From positions 90,267-154,266 of the forward strand of contig JAYWGM010000094.1 of NCBI GenBank assembly GCA_043778225.1: DNA of 64,000 nucleotides. The letters run 5' to 3'. Each line of letters opens with the position of its first letter. The first letter of the stretch is position 1. Below are positions 58,485-64,000 of this stretch, in pieces. Made by a program: the position numbers and the translations under genes. The notes beneath the pieces are model-generated. The model was not told the DNA's origin. It did no database searches and worked only from the letters and a program-made list of their open reading frames with translations. This DNA comes from Deinococcales bacterium. GTDB lineage: Bacteria > Deinococcota > Deinococci > Deinococcales > JAAFIG01.

Positions 58485-60374
58485 TTATAGCCCACCAATC
58501 GCCTCGGTGATTTGCTGCTCGAGTTTTTGTTGTTCTTGGATAATGGCTTTGTCTCGAGTATCACGGGCTTGCATGGTGTCTTCGAGTTCCTCGAGTTGTT
58601 TGACCAAGCGTTGACGCAGTTTGGCATCTTGTGGACTGGTCAGGGCGCTGAGGTTTTTGCGGGTGTCGTCCATACGAGCGCGAACTTGACCACGGCTGCT
58701 TTCGTTTTGCTGCAATTCATGGTGTAAATCGGCTATTTTGGCTTGGCGTTCGATAATCCCGCTCAGCGATTTTAGGGCTGCGTCGTTCAATAAGTGCTGC
58801 TCAAAATAATTTTTTAAGCTGTAGCCATCTAATCCACGAATTTCTTGATAACGACTGACACTGCGCTGCTCGAGAATCGTGATTTTGCTGCGTTTTTGGG
58901 CAATGGCTACAAATTTATAACGGGCGAGTTCAAGTGTTTCCTCGAGTGGCTTGGTCTCGAGGCTCGAATTGTACCAACGCGGATGCTCGAGCGTGATAAT
59001 TGCATCGGTCACAAGTTGGCTGGTGGCTTCGTAAGTCGTCTCGAGGTATTCGACCACATCGAGGTACATACTGCCATCGTGGAAATAAATGCGACTGGTG
59101 GTTTCGCGGTTTGTGGTCTGGCAAAGAATGCCGATACCCAGTTCCATTGCAAATGCCAAAATAATGTCTGCCCCACCCGGACTAAATGGCACGACCGCTT
59201 CGCCCGCATAATCGGCATTGTCTAAAATGGTACAAGGTCCGCGCTCGAGGGTTAGACTTTGATTCTTAAAGCGCAAACTGGCACTGGGGTTTTGTCCTGT
59301 TTTTTGTGGATTATAAAGCAGTTCTCGGCTACCCCTGACCTTAAAACCAAGAATCGAAACCATGCCACTTTCGCCGCGTTTGACGGTCACTGGGGTAGCA
59401 ATGTTGTAGGCAAACAACGCTCCTTTGGCTTGCCCCGTGGCTAGGGCTGGAGCGCTTTCCTCAAGGCTTTGCTCGAGCCGTTTGGCGCTCATTTTGCGCG
59501 ACCGTCCGGCTGGGGCTGGGGCTGCCATTGACATGGCAGCCATTGGCGCAGCCGATTCGTAGTCCATGATCGCTTCAAACTCAATTGGGGCAGAGACAGT
59601 ACGGTCTTCGTCGCGCACCACTGGGCGTTCTGGGGTATTGGGGGTGTGCAACTCGTAGCGAAAAGAAACGGGCATTCCAGCCGTTAGGGTTAAAGTCACA
59701 TTCTCGAGGTCTTCTTCGAGCGTGTTATCAAATAAGCCCCAACCTTGGACAAAAATATCTCGAGCTTCGGGGTCATTCTCGACTGCCCTTGCCAACAAAC
59801 GGTACGAGACCCGCCAAGCTGGGGCTGGGGCAATATAAGAAATTTCGACTTGGCTGGGCTTAGAAAGCGTGACTCGAGCAAAAGCCCGTTCGGTATCTTT
59901 GCGCTGTGCCAAAAGCGCAAATTCAAGGTCGGCTTGGGCGCGGCTATCGAGCAGTGCAACTTTGGTGATGTGTGCCAAGGGAATCAGTTCGATTCCGCCC
60001 TCGCTCGAAACCGCCAACAAGGCTCGCTCTAAATGCTTTTCGGATTCGGTTTCTAAGCCAATAATTTCGCCAGTCAGGCTGCGTTCACCAATAAAAATCA
60101 TGGCTCGAGAACCCGCAAAGGCTTGCAGTAAACCAGAAATCGGTGGGTCAAATATAAGCGGCTGACGTTGGGCAGCCCCATTGCGGTCGGGCGGTGTCTC
60201 AAATGCCACACCCAGCACCTGCGAACCATCGGTAATCACCGAGAGGCTTTTGAGTGCGTCATCCATGGCTCGACGCGGAAACTCGAGCGTAAAACTCGAG
60301 TCAGCAAGTCCAGCCCGTTCAAAAAAACCAAGTCCATGCTTGTAAAGCGTCACGCGCCGAATTGGTAAAGTCAT
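58485..60374 (-). CDS. DUF4139-type protein with C-terminal coiled coil
   Basis: V.LYK.G.GFFER, DD.LKSL, P.WR.SYRL, QGW...DN...ED. Confidence 0.8.
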   Translation of the reverse strand: MTLPIRRVTLYKHGLGFFERAGLADSSFTLEFPRRAMDDALKSLSVITDGSQVLGVAFETPPDRNGAAQRQPLIFDPPISGLLQAFAGSRAMIFIGERSLTGEIIGLETESEKHLERALLAVSSEGGIELIPLAHITKVALLDSRAQADLEFALLAQRKDTERAFARVTLSKPSQVEISYIAPAPAWRVSYRLLARAVENDPEARDIFVQGWGLFDNTLEEDLENVTLTLTAGMPVSFRYELHTPNTPERPVVRDEDRTVSAPIEFEAIMDYESAAPMAAMSMAAPAPAGRSRKMSAKRLEQSLEESAPALATGQAKGALFAYNIATPVTVKRGESGMVSILGFKVRGSRELLYNPQKTGQNPSASLRFKNQSLTLERGPCTILDNADYAGEAVVPFSPGGADIILAFAMELGIGILCQTTNRETTSRIYFHDGSMYLDVVEYLETTYEATSQLVTDAIITLEHPRWYNSSLETKPLEETLELARYKFVAIAQKRSKITILEQRSVSRYQEIRGLDGYSLKNYFEQHLLNDAALKSLSGIIERQAKIADLHHELQQNESSRGQVRARMDDTRKNLSALTSPQDAKLRQRLVKQLEELEDTMQARDTRDKAIIQEQQKLEQQITEAIGGL

Positions 60375-60472
60375 GAAAACAGTATAGAGCAAAAGTCAAA
60401 ATGAGTCAGCGCTAAGAAAATAAAGTTATCCAGACGGCACAAATAAACGCCTTAACCCGTTAGCCTCAAGCC

Positions 60473-61426
60473 ATGAATTTACTGGGCTTACACCATATTT
60501 CGGGCATCACTGGCAAAATTGAACAAAACCATGTGTTTTATACCCAGACGCTAGGGATGCGCTTGGTCAAAAAAACCGTCAATCAAGACGATACTCGAGC
60601 TTATCATCTGTTTTATGCCGACCAGCGGGGTTCGCCGGGTTCGGATGTGACTTTTTTTGACTGGGCAAGCGCCGCCCCAGAGCGCTTTGGCAACCACAGC
60701 ATCAGCCGTACTGGACTGCGGGTTAGCTCGAGCGATAGCCTGATGTGGTGGCACGAGCGCCTGAGCAATGCGGGTATCCAAACCAGCCAGCCAATCGAGC
60801 GCCATAACCGTTTAACGCTTGATTTTTCCGACCTCGAGGGACAGCGTTTAAGCCTGATTGCTGACTCGAGTTTGGACAACATTGTGCCTTGGGCAGCCCA
60901 AATTCCAAGCCAACACGCAATTCGTGGTTTGGGCGCGGTCGTGCTGACCGTACCACAAGCCAAACCAACCGCCGAGGTCTTAACCAAAGCCATGAACATG
61001 AAACAAATTGGCGAGTATGCCTCGCCGAATAACGACAAATATGCAGTCTCGGTTTACCAAATGACCCAAGGTGGCAGTGCCACCGAAGTGCATCTGGAAG
61101 TGCGCCCAGATTTGCCACCCGCCAGACCGGGCGCAGGTGGAATGCACCATGTGGCTTTTCGTGTCCCAAACGCTGCTGCCCACGCTGCATGGCTCGAGCG
61201 ACTGAGCAGTTTTGGCATTCGCCACTCGGGCTTGATAGACCGTTACTACTTTAAGGCGGCGTATTTCCGCGAACCCAACGGGATATTGTTTGAAATCTCG
61301 AGCGATGACCCCGGTTTTGCGACCGACGAATCCGAGGATACGCTTGGGCAGCGCCTCGCCCTGCCGCCTTTTCTCGAGAATCGGCGTGAGGAGATCGAAA
61401 AGCACTTAAAGCCACTCGAGTTCTAA
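60473..61426 (+). CDS. Ring-cleaving dioxygenase (VOC/MhqO-like)
   Basis: GLHHI, LVKKTVNQDD..YHLFY, HHVAFR, DRYYF..YFREP.G.LFE. Confidence 0.93.
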   Translation: MNLLGLHHISGITGKIEQNHVFYTQTLGMRLVKKTVNQDDTRAYHLFYADQRGSPGSDVTFFDWASAAPERFGNHSISRTGLRVSSSDSLMWWHERLSNAGIQTSQPIERHNRLTLDFSDLEGQRLSLIADSSLDNIVPWAAQIPSQHAIRGLGAVVLTVPQAKPTAEVLTKAMNMKQIGEYASPNNDKYAVSVYQMTQGGSATEVHLEVRPDLPPARPGAGGMHHVAFRVPNAAAHAAWLERLSSFGIRHSGLIDRYYFKAAYFREPNGILFEISSDDPGFATDESEDTLGQRLALPPFLENRREEIEKHLKPLEF

Positions 61427-61445
61427 GGCTCGAGCAGCCAATTTC

Positions 61446-62543
61446 TTAATCCTCGGCTGGACTTGCCACACTGACCAGTGCATCGCCTTTGCCGCTTCTA
61501 ATCGCATCAAAAACTTTCTTACGCAGTTCTTCCTCGAGTGCTGGACGGGCTTTGATGTACTCGACGACTTTTTCTTTGCCCTGCCCAATGCGTTCGCCGT
61601 TGTAGCTAAACCACGAACCAGCCTTCTCGAGAATTTCAAGGCTCGAAGAAAGGTTCACGAGGTCGTTGAGTTGGTCTATGCCTTTACCAAAGTAAATCTG
61701 AATTTCGACTTCTTTGAAAGGCGGTGCAACTTTGTTTTTGACCACTTTGATTTTAACGTTGTTACCAACTGCATCGTTGCCAATTTTTATCGGTTGCCCA
61801 ATGCGGCGAATATCCAAACGCACACTGGCATAGAATTTTAAGGCTTTGCCACCCGTGGTGGTTTCTGGGTTGCCATACATCACGCCGATTTTTTCGCGGG
61901 TTTGGTTAATAAAAATCATCGTGGTGTTGGATTTATGTAAAATCGCGGTCAGTTTTCGCAGCGCTTGACTCATCAAACGGGCTTGCAGACCGGGCAGGCT
62001 GTCGCCCATTTCGCCTTCGATTTCGGCTCGAGGCACAAGGGCGGCTACTGAATCAATCACAATCATGTCCACTGCACCCGAGCGCACCAAAAGCTCGGCA
62101 ATCTCGAGGGCTTGTTCGCCCGTATCGGGCTGGCTCACCAGCAGTTCGTCGGTATTGACTCCAAGGGCTTTGGCATAGACTGGATCGAGGGCGTGTTCGG
62201 CATCTATAAATGCCACCGTGCCGCCCATTTTTTGGCATTGTGCCGCGATGGTTAGGGTCAGGGTGGTTTTACCGCCCGATTCTGGTCCGTAAATTTCAAT
62301 GATTCGCCCTTGCGGCACGCCGCCTACGCCGAGCGCTAAATCTAGGCTCATGCTGCCAGTCGGAATCACTTCGACTTGCAGCTTGCTCGAGGCATCAAGG
62401 CGCATAATCGCGTTTTTACCAAAGGCTTTTTCGATTTGGCTCATGGCGCTGTCGAGGGCTTTTTTCTTGTGGACAGCAAGTTGGGCGGCGGACATATCGG
62501 AAGTATCTGGTGCGGCTTCTTTTTTCTTGGTATTTGCGGACAT
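61446..62543 (-). CDS. recA: Recombinase A
   Basis: [45 protein letters not shown]. Confidence 0.99.
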   Translation of the reverse strand: MSANTKKKEAAPDTSDMSAAQLAVHKKKALDSAMSQIEKAFGKNAIMRLDASSKLQVEVIPTGSMSLDLALGVGGVPQGRIIEIYGPESGGKTTLTLTIAAQCQKMGGTVAFIDAEHALDPVYAKALGVNTDELLVSQPDTGEQALEIAELLVRSGAVDMIVIDSVAALVPRAEIEGEMGDSLPGLQARLMSQALRKLTAILHKSNTTMIFINQTREKIGVMYGNPETTTGGKALKFYASVRLDIRRIGQPIKIGNDAVGNNVKIKVVKNKVAPPFKEVEIQIYFGKGIDQLNDLVNLSSSLEILEKAGSWFSYNGERIGQGKEKVVEYIKARPALEEELRKKVFDAIRSGKGDALVSVASPAED

Positions 62544-62609
62544 GATTGTTTTCCTTTTCGGGCGCTGGGCTGCGAGGTTTGGGCTGTAGGGATTGGCGGC
62601 GAGTAATTT

Positions 62610-63839
62610 CTAGGTTTTCATGGCTCTCCAAAGCGCTCCAAGCGCGGCAAAAGCAGCCCGTTCTTTCATCGTGCGGCGGTCTCCAGCCACCACAAGCGTC
62701 TGCTCGAGCATTGTGCCAATTGGCGTAGCAATCGCCACAAAAAGTGTACCGGCGGGCATTGAATCGCCAAAAGTGTTATCGGCTGCGCCCGTGCAAGCTA
62801 AGCCCCAGTCTGCGCCAAACTGTGAACGAGCCAGCAGCGCCAAAGATTGGCTGGTCTCGAGGCTAATAGCACCGTACTGCTCGAGAATTTCAGCTTTAAC
62901 ACCCAAACGAATTTTGGCTTCTTTTGAGTAAGCAACAGTTGCGCCCATAAAAACGTTGCTTGAGCCTTTTGGATTGGATAATTCGTCGGCAATAATGCCA
63001 CCCGAAATACTTTCGATAACCGCCACGGTTTGGTTTTTTTGGCGCAGTTGTTGGAGAATAATCTCGGGCAGGGTTTGGTCATCGTGACCGTAAATAAACC
63101 CCTCGAGTTTTTCTTCTACGGCTTTCTGGCTACTTTGGGCAATCGCTTCGGCGGCTTCTAAGGTATCGGCACTGGCTGCCACACGGACATGAACTCCATC
63201 GCGGCGTGCATATGTGCCAATGCTTGGGTTCTCGAGTTGGGCAAACTCACCTAGACGCTCAGCAAGGTGACTTTCGCCGATGCCCACGGTGCGAAAAGTC
63301 TTAAAGTAAAAACCGCTCTGTGGCAATTCTAAACGGGGCAAAACCTGTTCTGTCCACATCCGTTTCATTTCTCGAGGCGGTCCAGGCATGGCAACAATAA
63401 TCTTTTTGGTATTTGGCACACGCACAAACCAACCGGGGGCTGTACCAACTGGGTTAGCAATGGCTTTGGCACTTTTAGAAACCCAAGCCTGTTTAATGTT
63501 CTGCTCGGGAAAACTGCGCCCTCGAGCCTCAAACCAAGCCCGTAAAGTCGCCAGATATGCTTGGTCTATTACCGCTTCTTCTTGAATGCACGCCAGAATG
63601 CCTTCGCGGGTCAAATCGTCGTCGGTTGGTCCGAGTCCACCGCCCAAAATCACCAAGTCAGACCGCCCCAAGGCTCGAGTAATCGCTTCTTCTAAACGCT
63701 CGAGGTTATCACCGACGGTGGTTTTCCAGTGCATAAAAACGCCGCGATTTTTCAATTCCTGCGCCAAAAAAGCTGCATTAGAATCGGTTATCTCGCCCAT
63801 CAGTAATTCTGTGCCGACACTGATAATTTCTGCTAACAA
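62610..63839 (-). CDS. cinA: CinA (competence/damage-inducible, NMN deamidase-related) protein
   Basis: AEIISVGTELL.G, VGDN, GGLGPT.DD.TRE, GTAPG; TTG start 8 nt after AAGGAG. Confidence 0.93.
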   Translation of the reverse strand: MLAEIISVGTELLMGEITDSNAAFLAQELKNRGVFMHWKTTVGDNLERLEEAITRALGRSDLVILGGGLGPTDDDLTREGILACIQEEAVIDQAYLATLRAWFEARGRSFPEQNIKQAWVSKSAKAIANPVGTAPGWFVRVPNTKKIIVAMPGPPREMKRMWTEQVLPRLELPQSGFYFKTFRTVGIGESHLAERLGEFAQLENPSIGTYARRDGVHVRVAASADTLEAAEAIAQSSQKAVEEKLEGFIYGHDDQTLPEIILQQLRQKNQTVAVIESISGGIIADELSNPKGSSNVFMGATVAYSKEAKIRLGVKAEILEQYGAISLETSQSLALLARSQFGADWGLACTGAADNTFGDSMPAGTLFVAIATPIGTMLEQTLVVAGDRRTMKERAAFAALGALWRAMKT

Positions 63840-63844
63840 CGTAA
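63828..63844 (-). promoter_or_regulatory. RDRM-like 17-bp palindrome (DdrO site) overlapping the cinA start
   Basis: TTACGTTGTTAGCAGAA fits the Deinococcus radiation/desiccation response motif pattern. Confidence 0.75.
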
Positions 63845-63858
63845 TCACTCCTTTTAAT

Positions 63859-63887
63859 TTTATACCAGACAAATGAAGGTTTGTCAA
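63859..63887 (-). promoter_or_regulatory. Sigma70 promoter of cinA-recA
   Basis: TTGACA-N17-TATAAA on the minus strand; contains GACAAA-N6-TTTGTC. Confidence 0.7.
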
Positions 63888-63905
63888 AGTCTAACCCTAA
63901 AAAGG

Positions 63906-64000
63906 TAGGGCAAACGCACCAAGTTGAGCTTGCTGTACCCTAAAGAATGATTATCAATATCATCGAACATTTCAGTACCCTCGAAGACGCTCGTCGTGAC
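63906..64000 (+). mobile_element. Left end of an ISAs1-family IS; transposase starts at 63947 and runs off the window
   Basis: End sequence TAGGGCAAACGCA; N-terminus MIINIIEHFSTLEDARR resembles the ISAs1 HF..L.DPR motif. Confidence 0.7.

Overview
Chromosomal window of about 50% GC, most likely from a Deinococcota bacterium: cinA-recA carries an RDRM-like palindrome over the cinA start, and many genes have leaderless TANNNT-N5-7-ATG starts. It holds about 60 CDSs. These include the end of a chemosensory cluster (MCP, CheA-REC, CheB), a small Rab-like GTPase operon, a secreted tectonin-propeller/cholesterol-dependent-cytolysin-like fusion with a stand-alone lectin partner, three type II TA pairs, an orphan SMI1/KNR4 gene, ureide catabolism genes, crtB, an FeS-type photolyase, a GH10 xylanase, ruvA, recA and cinA. 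An ISAs1-like element begins at the right edge. At the DNA level, CTCGAG is very strongly over-represented. Several genes are followed by tandem copies of their own last codons, some with only synonymous differences. Two distant intergenic elements share a two-hairpin architecture and conserved motifs. A 273-bp MITE carries REPs, and an ECF-type promoter motif precedes three envelope-related operons. All product calls come from motif recognition by eye; no database searches were run.
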